Below, in pieces: positions 29,039-39,750 of a DNA stretch of 64,000 nt. The first letter of the stretch is position 1. Every line of letters starts with the position of its first letter. The notes beneath the pieces are model-generated. The model was not told where the DNA came from. It saw nothing but the letters and a program-made list of their open reading frames with translations, and did no database searches. Origin of the DNA: Candidatus Dormiibacterota bacterium. Its GTDB lineage: Bacteria; Chloroflexota; Dormibacteria; Aeolococcales; Aeolococcaceae. The DNA lies in assembly GCA_963718525.1 (NCBI GenBank), contig OY970355.1, positions 3,272,190-3,336,189 of the forward strand. Reading direction: 5' to 3'. Both the position numbers and the translations under genes were made by a program.

Positions 29039-30498
29039 ACGGCCTCGCGCGCATACGGGGACAGCGCCGCGTGGAACTCGGTGGCCTGCTCGTACGCGTG
29101 CGCAACTCGGAACACACGCGAATCCTCGAACCGGGGTGCGATCACCTGAAGGCCGACCGGCAGGCCTTCGACAAACCCGCACGGCACGGAGATTCCCGGT
29201 ACCCCAGCGAGGTTTGCCGGCAGGGTCACGACATCGCACATGTACATGGACAGCGGGTCGTCGTGCGATCCCATCGGGAAGGCAACGGTGGGCGAGGTGG
29301 GACACACGATCGCGTCGACCTCCTGGAACACCGCTTCGAACTCCTGGCTCACCAGGGTCCGCACCTTCTGCGCCTGGCGGTAGTACGCGTCGTAATAGCC
29401 GCTCGACAGCGCGTAGGTGCCGAGCATGATCCGTCGCTTGACCTCGGGCCCGAAACCGGATTCGCGCGTCTGCATGTACATCTCGGTAACCGTCGGTCGT
29501 TCCACGCGGTTGCCGAAGCGCACGCCGTCGTAGCGCGCAAGGTTCGACGAGCACTCTGCCGGGGCGATGATGTAGTAGACGCTCAGTGCGACGTCGGTGC
29601 TCGGCAGCGAGACCTCGCGGAGCGTCGCACCCTGAGCCTCCAGGACGCGAAATGCCGTCTCCACCGCGGCGCGGACACCGGGCTCGAGGCCCGCCGCGAG
29701 ATATTCGCGGGGAATGCCGAGCCGCATTCCCGAGACCCCGGCGTGCAGCGACGCGAGTGGATCGTCGACCGCGCGCGGGTCCGACGTGCTGTCGCGCGGA
29801 TCGTGACCGGCGATCGCCGAATAGACGAGCGCGCAGTCCTCGACTGTGCGCGTGAAGGGGCCGATCTGGTCGAGCGACGAGGCAAATGCGATGAGTCCGT
29901 ACCGCGAAACACGTCCATACGTCGGTTTGAACCCGACGACGCCGCACAATGCGGCTGGCTGACGAATCGAGCCGCCGGTATCGGTGCCCAGCGAGTACGG
30001 AACTGCACCAGCGGCGACCGTCGCGGCGCTGCCACCGCTGCTGCCGCCAGGAACCCGCTCGATGTCCCACGGGTTGCCGACCGCTCCATACGCCGAGTTC
30101 TCTGTCGATGAGCCCATGGCGAACTCGTCGCAGTTGGTCTTGCCGATGCAAACCGCGCCGGCGTCGAACAGCCGCTGAACAGCAGTCCCCGTGTACGGGG
30201 GCCTGAACCCGCGCAGCAGCTTCGACCCCGCCGTGGTCTCGATCCCGTCGACGCAGAGCACATCCTTGAGCGCCATCGGGATCCCGCACAACGGCGATGC
30301 CGTGTCGGGATGTTCCTCGAGCTCGCGAGTTGCGGCGTCGGCCTGTGCCTCAGCAAGCTCAGCGGTGATCGCGAGATATGCGTTCAGATCCTTCTGGCTG
30401 CGCTCAACGTGCGCGAGCGCATCCGCGAGCAGTGCTCGTGGCGACGTGCTCCCGCCACGCAACGCCGCAGCGAGTTCGGTGATGCTTCTACGCGTCAA
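29035..30498 (-). CDS. gatA: Asp/Glu-tRNA amidotransferase subunit A
   Basis: Amidase signature GGSSGGSAA...GTDTGGSIRQP; probable TTG start at 30498 overlapping the gatC end. Confidence 0.96.
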   Translation of the reverse strand: MTRRSITELAAALRGGSTSPRALLADALAHVERSQKDLNAYLAITAELAEAQADAATRELEEHPDTASPLCGIPMALKDVLCVDGIETTAGSKLLRGFRPPYTGTAVQRLFDAGAVCIGKTNCDEFAMGSSTENSAYGAVGNPWDIERVPGGSSGGSAATVAAGAVPYSLGTDTGGSIRQPAALCGVVGFKPTYGRVSRYGLIAFASSLDQIGPFTRTVEDCALVYSAIAGHDPRDSTSDPRAVDDPLASLHAGVSGMRLGIPREYLAAGLEPGVRAAVETAFRVLEAQGATLREVSLPSTDVALSVYYIIAPAECSSNLARYDGVRFGNRVERPTVTEMYMQTRESGFGPEVKRRIMLGTYALSSGYYDAYYRQAQKVRTLVSQEFEAVFQEVDAIVCPTSPTVAFPMGSHDDPLSMYMCDVVTLPANLAGVPGISVPCGFVEGLPVGLQVIAPRFEDSRVFRVAHAYEQATEFHAALSPYAREAV

Positions 30499-30790
30499 GT
30501 TCGGTGCCCTGGATCGCTCCGACCACGAAATAGCTGCCGTCGGTGGCCGGCGCATTGCGCAGCGCCGCTGCGGCACCGATCGGTTCCTCAGGCTCGTCGG
30601 CACGCATCACGTTGACGAGGTCACCGACCTGCGCAGTCTCGGCCAGCGCGGAGGTGTCCACGTTCTGGAGCCGTTCGATGTGGTCGAGAATCGCCTCCAG
30701 CTCGCCCAGAAGACGGTCTTTCTCCGCATCGGTCAGGCCCAGCCGCGCAAGGGTGGCGACGTGATCGACGTCGCCGCGAGAAAGTGTCAT
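30488..30790 (-). CDS. gatC: Asp/Glu-tRNA amidotransferase subunit C
   Basis: VDHVATLARL, NVMRAD, ALRNAP..DGSYF; directly upstream of gatA. Confidence 0.94.
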   Translation of the reverse strand: MTLSRGDVDHVATLARLGLTDAEKDRLLGELEAILDHIERLQNVDTSALAETAQVGDLVNVMRADEPEEPIGAAAALRNAPATDGSYFVVGAIQGTELDA

Positions 30791-30818
30791 GGAGCGGCTA
30801 TTATCCCGGCCTGTCGAG

Positions 30819-31295
30819 CTATTCGAGCGGGAGCCAGGTCAGCACGGTCTGCTTGGTTGGTGCAAATCCGGCAGCCACGTATGCGGCCAGGGCGGCGTCG
30901 TTGTCACCGCGAGTCCACACGCATGCGAACGTCACGTCGCGACTGCGGATGAGCCGCATCGCCTCGGCCATGAGGCGGTGACCGATCCCCTGTCCTCGCC
31001 CACGGGGCCGGACATAGAGCTCGGCGATCTCCGCCTCGAGACCGGTGCCAGGATCGAACAGCACGACCCAGCAGAGCCCCTGCGCCTCCCCGTCCGGGGT
31101 GCGCGCCACGAGGATGTGGTTCTCACCGCTGAACGTAGGCGACGTCCTGAGCCGCGCGTTCAGCTGCTCGGACGTCTCCTCAGGGTGGTCGAAGTGCTCC
31201 TGCTCGGCAAGGGCCAGGTCGACGAGCATCGCCCTGACCTCGGCGTCCTCGTGATCCTCCAGGGTTTCGATGCGGACGCCGTCGTCTTCGCCCAT
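30819..31295 (-). CDS. GNAT family N-acetyltransferase
   Basis: LYVRPRGRGQGIG acetyl-CoA motif, N..ALAAY..AGF. Confidence 0.88.
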   Translation of the reverse strand: MGEDDGVRIETLEDHEDAEVRAMLVDLALAEQEHFDHPEETSEQLNARLRTSPTFSGENHILVARTPDGEAQGLCWVVLFDPGTGLEAEIAELYVRPRGRGQGIGHRLMAEAMRLIRSRDVTFACVWTRGDNDAALAAYVAAGFAPTKQTVLTWLPLE

Positions 31296-31314
31296 GGCCC
31301 GCCATTGTGGCTGC

Positions 31315-32895
31315 TCAGGGCGCAACACCCTCGCTGCTGGTGGCTGTCCCGGAGATCGCACCGCTGCTGCCGGCGCTCCCGCCGGCGCTGCTCCCGCTCC
31401 CATTACAGACATCGGCCGGCGTTGGAACCGGCGTGCCGGCCTTCTGCGCGGGCAGCGCCGAAAAGCATGGCGACGACGGAGGCACGCTCACCGGGGTCGG
31501 AACGGGAATCGTGACGCTGGGGCCGGCACTCCCACCGCGCTGCGTCCAGTCGGAGCCGTCCCACGTCCACGTCTGGTCATACAGGCCGGTCGTGCGGGAG
31601 GTGCTGCCCAGGCCACCGAAAAGGACCACCTGACCGGTGGCACGGTCAAACACCGCGGCTGCCCCGCTCACGATCGGTGGCGTCGAGCCCGGATGCACGC
31701 GAGTCCAGACGCCGGTCCAGAGCCAGGTCTGCCCGTCGCTGCTCAGGGCGATATCGCTGTGGGCTGCGGGGTCGCCGACGACTGCGACGCCCGGCAGGGA
31801 GGGTCCGGACGTGTAGGTGATCACCTGCTTCCACGACGTGCCGTTCCAGAGGCTCTCCGTCCCGGTGCGAGCCGCGGACGGCTGCAACGCATTGGCACCC
31901 ACGCAGAGCTTGCAAGGAAAGGGAATCGGCGCCGGCAGCGCGACGTTGCCGCCGAACGTCGCCAGCTTGCCGCTGACCGCGTCGCTGACCACCGATGAGC
32001 CGAAGAAGTCGAAGGAGGACACGCGCACGTTCGACGACATGACCTTCCACGCGTTCCCGTTCCAGGTCCATGCAGGCGCGGTGGCGATCGGCCAGGGACA
32101 CAGCGGTTGCACGTCAAGGGGTGCGGGGCTCTGCACCGGGCAGGCGATCGCGGGCTGCGCCACACCCAGCGCGGGGATGGCGAACGGTCCAGTGGGGACG
32201 AGCACGACCCGGCCGGACGCGGGGTCGGTTGCGAGCCGGCCGCTCCCGAAGGCGCTGAACGGAGTCGACCCCGCTGCTTTCGACCAGTCGCGTCCGTTCC
32301 ACAGCCATGTCACCGCGTTGGGCGACAGGCTGACGGCGCATGGGGGCTGCGCCACCGCGGTGGCACCTTTGGTGCTCGCGGAGGGGCTCGGCAGCGGCGC
32401 AATCGCGGGAATCGGATTCGCAGGTGGGATGAAGGTCGTGCCGGATCCCGTGGAACCCGAGGCCGTGGAACCCGAAGACGCGGACCCGGAGCCTCCGGAG
32501 CAGACGACCGGGCCCTGGTTCGAACCCGCGAACTGCTGGCCACCGACGAGGACGACGTCGTGGCTGACCGGGTCATAGGCCATCTGAGGGTTGTTCAGCC
32601 TGGGCGGCGACGTCATGGGGTGCGCCCGGGACCACCCTGTTCCGCCCCAGATCCAGGTGTCGTTGAGGGTGCGGGACCTGTCCTGACCGCCGTACAGGAC
32701 CACGGTTCCATCTGCGGCGTCATAGGCCATCGCCGCCCCGGTGCGCGCGGGTGGCTGTCCGGCCGCCGGCGCCGATCCCGCTCCCTGGACCGCGCGGATC
32801 CCGAAGAAGGCGCCGAGCCCTGCCCCCGCCACGGCGACAACGGCGATTCCCGTGATCGGCCGCGACCAACGCGAGCCGGGGACGTCAGTGCTCAT
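31315..32895 (-). CDS. Secreted/membrane-anchored Kelch-like beta-propeller protein
   Basis: N-terminal hydrophobic segment; repeats of MAYD..VVL(F/Y)GG..DTWxWxG; Pro/Ser-rich linkers with scattered Cys. Confidence 0.72.
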   Translation of the reverse strand: MSTDVPGSRWSRPITGIAVVAVAGAGLGAFFGIRAVQGAGSAPAAGQPPARTGAAMAYDAADGTVVLYGGQDRSRTLNDTWIWGGTGWSRAHPMTSPPRLNNPQMAYDPVSHDVVLVGGQQFAGSNQGPVVCSGGSGSASSGSTASGSTGSGTTFIPPANPIPAIAPLPSPSASTKGATAVAQPPCAVSLSPNAVTWLWNGRDWSKAAGSTPFSAFGSGRLATDPASGRVVLVPTGPFAIPALGVAQPAIACPVQSPAPLDVQPLCPWPIATAPAWTWNGNAWKVMSSNVRVSSFDFFGSSVVSDAVSGKLATFGGNVALPAPIPFPCKLCVGANALQPSAARTGTESLWNGTSWKQVITYTSGPSLPGVAVVGDPAAHSDIALSSDGQTWLWTGVWTRVHPGSTPPIVSGAAAVFDRATGQVVLFGGLGSTSRTTGLYDQTWTWDGSDWTQRGGSAGPSVTIPVPTPVSVPPSSPCFSALPAQKAGTPVPTPADVCNGSGSSAGGSAGSSGAISGTATSSEGVAP

Positions 32896-32962
32896 GAACT
32901 TGAGACGCCTGTGCTGCCCGGAAGGTTCCCGAACGCGGCTCCTCCTTAGACTTGAATATGAG

Positions 32963-33389
32963 ATGACCGACCTCCGCACCGAGCCGAAGAATCCCGACCG
33001 GCTCGAAGCTCGAGCAGCTCACCGCCCTCCAGCCCGGCCTCGCGAGATTGATGCCCGAGATCGGTGCGCGATTCTGGAAAGCGTTCTACGCGGCTCGAGC
33101 CGCCAACTGGCCACTGGCAGCCTGGCAGCTCCGCGAGATGCGAAAGCTCCTGCGCCTTTGCGAGGTGACCCGCCCGAAGTACACCGCGGACATCGAGGAG
33201 TGGCTCGCAGGCGACTTCGACCCGCTCATGGCCGCACTCGACGCCCACGACCTTCCGGCGTTCGAGAGGCTGTATCACGAGTCGATCGATGCCGCCAATG
33301 ACATGCACCGGCGGTGGCAGAAGGAATGGATCGTCTGGAAGCTTCCTGACACTCCACCACCTGACCTTGATCTCACTCCCAGAGGCTAA
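32963..33389 (+). CDS. Hypothetical helical protein with apparent +1 frameshift at about 33006
   Basis: Removing one A from GAAG (33005-33008) joins MTDLRTEPKNPDRLE to LEQLTALQPGLARLMPEIGARFWK; span is 3n+1. Confidence 0.6.
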
Positions 33390-33412
33390 TCGCTACGTCA
33401 GAACGAGATCGC

Positions 33413-34039
33413 ATGATGGCGTCGCTGATCGAGCACGGTATTCGCTCGCCGGCCGTGCTCCACGCCATGGCGGACGTGCCCCGCGAGGAGTTCGTGCTCG
33501 AGGGTGACCGGGAGCATGCATACGCCAACCGGGCGTTGCCGATCGATGCCCCGGGGCAGACCATCAGCCAGCCGCTCATGGTCGCGGTCGTCGTCGAAGC
33601 ACTGGAGCTGCACGATGGCGACCGAGCGCTCGACGTCGGCACCGGCTCCGGCTACCAGGCCGCGGTGATGGCGGCCTGCGGCGCTCGCGTCGTGAGCATC
33701 GAGCGGGTCGCGTCGCTGGCTCGGGCGGCAGCGGAGCGTCTCCGCCGGCTCGACTACGAGGTCGAGGTCGTCGAGGGCGACGGAACGCTCGGGGTCCCCG
33801 ACCGCGCGCCGTTCGACGCAATCGCGGTGGGGGCGGCGGCGCCGCGGCTTCCGGTCGCGCTCGCCCGCCAGCTCGTCGAGGGCGGCAGGCTCGTCGTGCC
33901 GATCACCGACAGCCCCAACGGCGAGGAGCTCACCCGCCTTAGGCTCGCCGGCGGCCGCTGGGTGACGGAGTCGCTCGGACCCTGTCGCTTCGTCCCGTTG
34001 ATCGGCGCCGACGGCTACGAGGGCGCCGGCGCCGGTTGA
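33413..34039 (+). CDS. pcm: Protein-L-isoaspartate O-methyltransferase
   Basis: VPREEF, AYANRALPI, QTISQP, LDVGTGSGYQAA, APFDAI, CRFVPLIG. Confidence 0.93.
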   Translation: MMASLIEHGIRSPAVLHAMADVPREEFVLEGDREHAYANRALPIDAPGQTISQPLMVAVVVEALELHDGDRALDVGTGSGYQAAVMAACGARVVSIERVASLARAAAERLRRLDYEVEVVEGDGTLGVPDRAPFDAIAVGAAAPRLPVALARQLVEGGRLVVPITDSPNGEELTRLRLAGGRWVTESLGPCRFVPLIGADGYEGAGAG

Positions 34040-34398
34040 TCCGCGCCGCGCTCAGGCCCGCCGGCCGGCACCCGAAACATCCTGATCCGCGCCGATCCTC
34101 CGGAACGCTCCACGGCCTGCTTCGCGGCATCCCCGAAGGTCATCGAGAGCACCATCTCGGCCTCCTGGTTGCCGGGCGGTCGGTCGAGCTCAGGGCGGGA
34201 CAGGGTCACGGCGTACTGGTCGATGCCGTCGGGTCGATTCGGGTAGCGGGACCGAGTGATGCTGACCCGGAGCCCGAGCTCGGGCAGATCGACCTGGTGC
34301 CGGCCGGCCTCGCGCGTGGCTTCCGGGTGCAGGAAATCCGCGTCGGCACGGCGGCGAAGATCGAGCAGTTGCTCGTCGAGCGTTCGGGAATCGGCCAT
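34015..34398 (-). CDS. Hypothetical protein
   Basis: 127-aa ORF with protein-like composition filling the gap between pcm and dnaK. Confidence 0.6.
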   Translation of the reverse strand: MADSRTLDEQLLDLRRRADADFLHPEATREAGRHQVDLPELGLRVSITRSRYPNRPDGIDQYAVTLSRPELDRPPGNQEAEMVLSMTFGDAAKQAVERSGGSARIRMFRVPAGGPERGADQPAPAPS

Positions 34399-34495
34399 CG
34401 CATACGTTTAGCATGTCGGTGGCGCGAGGTATTCGATAGGGGCGTCTCCTAACGCACATTGAACGTCCCGAATTTCAGTCCCGGAGGACCCCAAC

Positions 34496-36436
34496 ATGGC
34501 AAAGACCGTCGGCATCGACCTCGGCACCACCAACAGCGTGGTTGCAGTGATGGAAGGCGGTGAGCCCACAGTGATCGCCAACGCCGAGGGTGGCCGCACA
34601 ACGCCGTCGGTCGTCGCCTTCACGCGCACCGGCGAGCGCTTGGTCGGGCAGCTGGCCCGGCGTCAGGCGGCCGTCAACCCAGAGAACACCGTCTACTCGA
34701 TCAAACGCTTCATGGGCCGGTTGCTCAGCGAAGTGAGCAACGAGGCCAAGCAGGTTCCGTACAAGGTCGTCGCAGGCAAGGACGGCCGCGTCGAGATCGA
34801 GGTCGCGAGCGAGCGCTACACCCCCGAGCAGATCTCCGCGATGATCCTGCAGAAGCTCAAGACCGACGCTGAGGCGTATCTCGGCGAGAAGGTCACGGAC
34901 GCGGTCATCACGGTGCCCGCGTACTTCAACGATGCGCAGCGGCAGGCGACCAAGAACGCCGGTCAGATCGCCGGCCTCAACGTCGTCCGCATCATCAACG
35001 AGCCCACCGCGGCCGCGCTCGCCTACGGGCTCGACAAGAAAGAGAACGAGAAGATCCTCGTCTTCGACCTCGGCGGCGGGACGTTCGACGTCTCGATCCT
35101 CGAGGTTGGAGAAGGCGTCTTCGAGGTGAAGGCCACCAACGGTGACACCCACCTGGGCGGCGACGACTACGACCGCCGGATCGTGGACTGGCTTGCCGAC
35201 GAGTTCAGGAAGGACCAGGGGATCGATCTCCGCGGCGACCGCCAGGCGCTACAGCGTCTCACCGAGGCCGCTGAGAAGGCCAAGATCGAGCTCTCGCAGC
35301 GCCCTGAGACCGAGGTCAACCTGCCGTTCATCACGGCGGATGCGTCTGGCCCGAAGCACCTCGCGATCACGCTGTCGCGCGCCAAGTTCGAGCAACTCAC
35401 CGAGGACCTCACGGGGCGCTGCCGCGGTCCGTTCGAGGCGGCGCTCAAGGACGCGGGTCTGACTGCGCAGGAGCTCGATGAGGTGATCCTCGTCGGCGGC
35501 TCGACGCGCATGCCGGTGATCCAGGAGCTTGTCAAGAGCTTCACCGGCAAGGAGCCGCATCGTGGCGTCAACCCGGACGAGGTGGTCGCGATCGGGGCGG
35601 CCATCCAGGCCGGCGTGCTCAAGGGCGAGGTCAAGGACGTCCTGCTCCTCGACGTGACGCCGCTGTCGCTCGGCCTCATGACCGAGGGCGAGGTCAACAC
35701 CAAGCTGATCGAGCGCAACACCACCATCCCAACTGCCAAGACACAGGTCTTCTCGACGGCGTCCGACAGTCAGCCGTCAGTGGAGATCGTCGTGCTCCAG
35801 GGCGAGCGCCCGATGGCGCGGGACAACCGCATCCTCGGCACGTTCACGCTCGACGGGATTCCACCTGCGCCACGGGGGATGCCACAGATCGAAGTTGGCT
35901 TCGACATCGACGCCAACGGCATCCTCAACGTGAGCGCCAAGGATCGCGGCACCGGCAAAGAGAACAAGGTCACCATCACCGGCTCGACGACGCTCCAGAA
36001 GGAGGAGGTCGAGCGCATGGTGAAGGAGGCCGAGGTGCATGCTGACGAGGACCGCAAGCGGGCCGAGGCAGTGGAGACCCGGAATCGTGCGGACCAGCTC
36101 GCCCACCAGGCGGAGAAGGCGCTCGCCGACGCGGGCGACAAGGTGCCCGCGGAGCTGCGCACCGACATCGAGGCCAAGGTGAAGGCAGTTCGTGACGCAA
36201 TTGCCAGTAACGACGCGGACGCGATGAAGCGGGCGCATGACGACCTCGCGGCGTCGATCCAGAAGATCGGCGAAGCGGTGTATGCGACGCAGCAGGCGCA
36301 GTCGGGCGGGGGCGAGCCACACGCCGGCAACGGCGACGGCGGTGCTCCTGATTCCGGCGGTGCTGGTGCAGGCGCCGGCGCAGGCCAGGGCTCTGGCGGC
36401 GACGACGTCGTCGACGCAGAATTCAAAGAGGTCTAA
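34496..36436 (+). CDS. dnaK: Molecular chaperone DnaK
   Basis: [30 protein letters not shown]-terminal DVVDAEF; GGAGG ribosome-binding site. Confidence 0.98.
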   Translation: MAKTVGIDLGTTNSVVAVMEGGEPTVIANAEGGRTTPSVVAFTRTGERLVGQLARRQAAVNPENTVYSIKRFMGRLLSEVSNEAKQVPYKVVAGKDGRVEIEVASERYTPEQISAMILQKLKTDAEAYLGEKVTDAVITVPAYFNDAQRQATKNAGQIAGLNVVRIINEPTAAALAYGLDKKENEKILVFDLGGGTFDVSILEVGEGVFEVKATNGDTHLGGDDYDRRIVDWLADEFRKDQGIDLRGDRQALQRLTEAAEKAKIELSQRPETEVNLPFITADASGPKHLAITLSRAKFEQLTEDLTGRCRGPFEAALKDAGLTAQELDEVILVGGSTRMPVIQELVKSFTGKEPHRGVNPDEVVAIGAAIQAGVLKGEVKDVLLLDVTPLSLGLMTEGEVNTKLIERNTTIPTAKTQVFSTASDSQPSVEIVVLQGERPMARDNRILGTFTLDGIPPAPRGMPQIEVGFDIDANGILNVSAKDRGTGKENKVTITGSTTLQKEEVERMVKEAEVHADEDRKRAEAVETRNRADQLAHQAEKALADAGDKVPAELRTDIEAKVKAVRDAIASNDADAMKRAHDDLAASIQKIGEAVYATQQAQSGGGEPHAGNGDGGAPDSGGAGAGAGAGQGSGGDDVVDAEFKEV

Positions 36437-36455
36437 ACCTCGAGCGCAGTGCTGA

Positions 36456-36479
36456 AGCGGGGCGCGAGAGCGTCCCGCT
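36456..36479. terminator. Hairpin between convergent genes
   Basis: AGCGGGGCGC-GAGA-GCGTCCCGCT stem with GNRA loop; no U-tract. Confidence 0.45.
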
Positions 36480-36488
36480 CGGCCCGCG

Positions 36489-37082
36489 CTACCGCCTCGG
36501 GATCGGTTGATGCATCGAGGCCGACGTAGGTGGCGGCGCCGGAGTTCCGCCCGGCGGCAGCCCTGAGACCGTCGAGACCGCGGATCCGCCGCGACCTCGT
36601 CCCTTGGGCACGCCGCGATGGAACGCGGCTCGCAGGAGGATCGGCACGGCCGCTGACAGGACCCCGGTGAAGAAGGTCAGCCCGTTGGGCAGGTCGTTGT
36701 AGTTCGAGAGACCGAGGTAGCAGAACAGCGCCGTCAGGAACGCCGCGATGATGACCACCGCCATCCCGAGCACGAGCACGACCTCCTGGTTGCGCTCATG
36801 AACGATTGCGTTGTCCGGGCGACGCTGCTGCAGCATCCGGTAGATGTTCAGCCCCGCCCAGGAGTTCAGCATCACCCCGCTGACGAACGCGAGGATGGCA
36901 ATCGTCCATCGGAACTCGGTGAGGTTCTTGGCGATGAAGACCGCGATGTTGACGACGATGAGCGCGGTCGGGGTCAGCGCCCCGATGATCGGGATTGTCC
37001 AGCGCTTCAGCGCCGCGCCCACGCCGGTGCGCTCCGGCTCGGGCCCAACGAGCTTTGATGGCTTCCGGCGGCGAAACGGCAT
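36489..37082 (-). CDS. Hypothetical 4-TM membrane protein
   Basis: Four hydrophobic segments and a Pro-rich tail. Confidence 0.7.
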   Translation of the reverse strand: MPFRRRKPSKLVGPEPERTGVGAALKRWTIPIIGALTPTALIVVNIAVFIAKNLTEFRWTIAILAFVSGVMLNSWAGLNIYRMLQQRRPDNAIVHERNQEVVLVLGMAVVIIAAFLTALFCYLGLSNYNDLPNGLTFFTGVLSAAVPILLRAAFHRGVPKGRGRGGSAVSTVSGLPPGGTPAPPPTSASMHQPIPRR

Positions 37083-37218
37083 GCCGTAAGCGTACGGGTC
37101 TCGAGGCACTCGGGAACGCCCGATCCCGCGGTGGGCCAGGATCGTTCGTCACCGGCCCGTTTCCGGACTGCGAGCGCTCACCCATTCGGCGCCGCCTCTC
37201 CACCCATAGGCTCGATTC

Positions 37219-39711
37219 ATGCGCGCGCGTCGGCCGGGCCGCAGCCTCTTCGTCCGTAGGTTCGGCCTGCGAACCAGCCTCGCCGGACGCTTGCTGGCCG
37301 GCGGCATCGTCTTCACCGCGCTCCTGATTGCAGGGGTGAGCGGCTTCCTGCTCGTCAGCCGGTCCCAGCAGACCAACGCCGGTGCCCTCTCCAACGCGGA
37401 CAACCGTGCAGGCGTCGCTGCACAGCTCATCTCACGCGTGATCCAGCCGCAGGCGCAGTACGCGGCCACCGCAGTCGCCTCGCTCACCTCACTCCAGCTC
37501 GCCCTCGCCGGCACCGATCCCGGAGCACTGGTGGCCGCCGAGTTCACCCAGAAGCGGGTCGTCAACCTGCCCGGGCTCGGCGTGGCGGTCCTCGACAGCC
37601 ACGGCACAGTCCTGTACACGAGCGAATGCGACAGTGCAGGGACGGCCGGTGCCACCGCCCATCCGGCCATCGAGGCCTGTGAGGCGGGGGCGATTGCGCA
37701 TGTGACCGCCGGCCTCCCCTCGGTCGTCGACGCCCTCAAGGTGGAGGGGATTGCCGCGTGCCAGCAGCCCAGCGCGACGATCGCGGCAACGCCGGCGCTG
37801 CGGGCGGAGTGCCCGTCGGGCGTCGAAGGCGTGGAGATGCTCGCCGGCGGTGTGCCCGCGCTCGACGTCGCCGTGCCGGTGTTCAACGTCGAGGCAGGCA
37901 CCGAGGCTCCCCTCGGCGTCGTGGTGTACAGCGCGCAGTTGCAGACGCAGTTCGTCCGGTACGGTCCGGTCATCGGCTACACGCCGGTCTTCCTCGGCGC
38001 CGGCTCCGGCACGAGCCTCATCCGGTTCAACGGCAGCGCCGATACCCCGAGCACGTCGAGCGCACCATCCACAATCGCACAGCAGGTTGCTCATCCCGCA
38101 GCTCCGGCGGGTGGAGTCGCCGCTCACGCGATCTACAGCGTGCCGGGCGTCGGTGCCGTTGCCGGCAGCTTCGTCCCGCTGCAGGCGCCGGGCGGCACAA
38201 GCATTGCCGGGTACCTCGGTGTCGAGGTGCCGGTGTCGATCTTCGCGGCCGGGACCGCCCAGGATGAAGGCACGATCGCGCAGATCGCACTCACGGCGCT
38301 TGTCGTCGTGTGCGTGCTCGTGTTGCTCTTTGTCGACCGCTTCGTGCGCCGTCCGGTGGGGCGGCTCGAGCGCGGCGTCGCACGCATCTCCGCAGGTGAC
38401 TACACCACCGATATACCGGTCACGTCGCGCGACGAGCTCGGGCGGCTTGCCGCCGGCGTCAACCGTATGCGTCAGCAGATCGCCGGGTACATCGAGCACA
38501 TCGACGGGTCGGTCGGGCGGCTGCAGGAGGTGTCCCGAGCGCTGACGACGACAACCGGCGGTATCGAGCAGCTCCAGGACGCGGTGCTCGGCGCCGCCGA
38601 TGCGATCGCCGGTGGATCCGCGAGCGCGACCGTGTACACGAGACGCGGCACCGAGTTCCTCCGGATGCGGAGCCGGGGATCGGAGATGCCCGACATGGCC
38701 GACGCGATGCCGGTCGATGAGCTGAGCGCTGGGCATGCAGTCCGTCTCGACTGGGGCGGACGTCCGGCGATCGTTGTGCCGATGCTCTTTCAGGAGGCGC
38801 TCACCGGGGTCCTCGTCGTCACCTCGGATCGCCCCGTCGCCGATGGCGACGAGCGCGCGCTCATCACCCTCGCGAACAACGCGGCTGTGGCGCTCGAGAA
38901 CACCAGAACCCTCGAGCAGGAACGCGAAGCGGTACGCCGCCTCAGCGAGTTGAACCAGTTGAAGAGCGATTTCCTTGACACGGCGCAGCACGAGTTGCGC
39001 ACGCCTGTGCTCGCCATTCAAGGGCAGATCGAACTGCTCAATGTTGCCTGGAACAAGTGGGATGACGAGACCAAGCTGGAGATCGTGCGCGACGTCGACA
39101 TCTCGGTGAAGCTGCTCAGTGAAACCGTCGAGAACATCGTCGACTTTGCACTCGTCAACTCCGACACCATCGATGTGCGCATGTCGTCCGTCGACGTTGC
39201 GACGGCGCTCGGAGATGCCGCCAACGACGTGCGGCGTCATTTCAAGGATGGGCTGCCAGTGGAGTTGACCATCGACGTGGGCGGTGCACCCGCGGTCACC
39301 GCCGATCCGTTCCGGCTCCGCCAGGTGTTTCGCGCCCTCATCGACAACGCCGTGAAATTCACGCCGCCGGGCGGCCACGTCCAGGTCAGCGCAACTCCGG
39401 TCACAAGCACGAGTCAGTGCCGCATCGAGGTCGTTGACGACGGCATCGGGATCAGCCCGGAGGCTATCCCTCGTCTCTTCGACCGCTTCTACCAGGAGGA
39501 CAACAGCCGCACGCGCCGCCATGGCGGCATGGGGATGGGGCTCGCGTTGGTGCGCCGCCTCTGCGATGCACACGGCGCCACCGTCAAGGCACACAGCGGC
39601 GAGCACGGCGGTGGCAGCACGTTCACCATCCTCTGGCCACTGGCCGGCGTCCCGCCGGAACCCGCACCCGCCGCGCTGTTCTTCGAACCCGCTACCGCGG
39701 CCAGCAGCTGA
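37219..39711 (+). CDS. Membrane sensor histidine kinase (HAMP-GAF-HisKA-HATPase)
   Basis: Two TMs, HAMP (RDELGRLA), H-box HELRTP, DNAVKF, DDGIG, GMGMGL. Confidence 0.93.
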   Translation: MRARRPGRSLFVRRFGLRTSLAGRLLAGGIVFTALLIAGVSGFLLVSRSQQTNAGALSNADNRAGVAAQLISRVIQPQAQYAATAVASLTSLQLALAGTDPGALVAAEFTQKRVVNLPGLGVAVLDSHGTVLYTSECDSAGTAGATAHPAIEACEAGAIAHVTAGLPSVVDALKVEGIAACQQPSATIAATPALRAECPSGVEGVEMLAGGVPALDVAVPVFNVEAGTEAPLGVVVYSAQLQTQFVRYGPVIGYTPVFLGAGSGTSLIRFNGSADTPSTSSAPSTIAQQVAHPAAPAGGVAAHAIYSVPGVGAVAGSFVPLQAPGGTSIAGYLGVEVPVSIFAAGTAQDEGTIAQIALTALVVVCVLVLLFVDRFVRRPVGRLERGVARISAGDYTTDIPVTSRDELGRLAAGVNRMRQQIAGYIEHIDGSVGRLQEVSRALTTTTGGIEQLQDAVLGAADAIAGGSASATVYTRRGTEFLRMRSRGSEMPDMADAMPVDELSAGHAVRLDWGGRPAIVVPMLFQEALTGVLVVTSDRPVADGDERALITLANNAAVALENTRTLEQEREAVRRLSELNQLKSDFLDTAQHELRTPVLAIQGQIELLNVAWNKWDDETKLEIVRDVDISVKLLSETVENIVDFALVNSDTIDVRMSSVDVATALGDAANDVRRHFKDGLPVELTIDVGGAPAVTADPFRLRQVFRALIDNAVKFTPPGGHVQVSATPVTSTSQCRIEVVDDGIGISPEAIPRLFDRFYQEDNSRTRRHGGMGMGLALVRRLCDAHGATVKAHSGEHGGGSTFTILWPLAGVPPEPAPAALFFEPATAASS

Positions 39712-39750
39712 ACCACGTCGCTGACGCGCGTCCGCGGATGCGGTCCCGCG

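Noticed and set aside
34408-34434. TTAGCA...GAG upstream of dnaK as a CIRCE element
   Set aside because: Only about 10 of 18 positions match TTAGCACTC-N9-GAGTGCTAA and the arms are not complementary.
34408-36426. Long antisense ORFs opposite dnaK and other genes (e.g. 69-1736, 22566-25823, 52263-54623)
   Set aside because: Shadow ORFs from high-GC codon bias on the opposite strand of well-supported genes.
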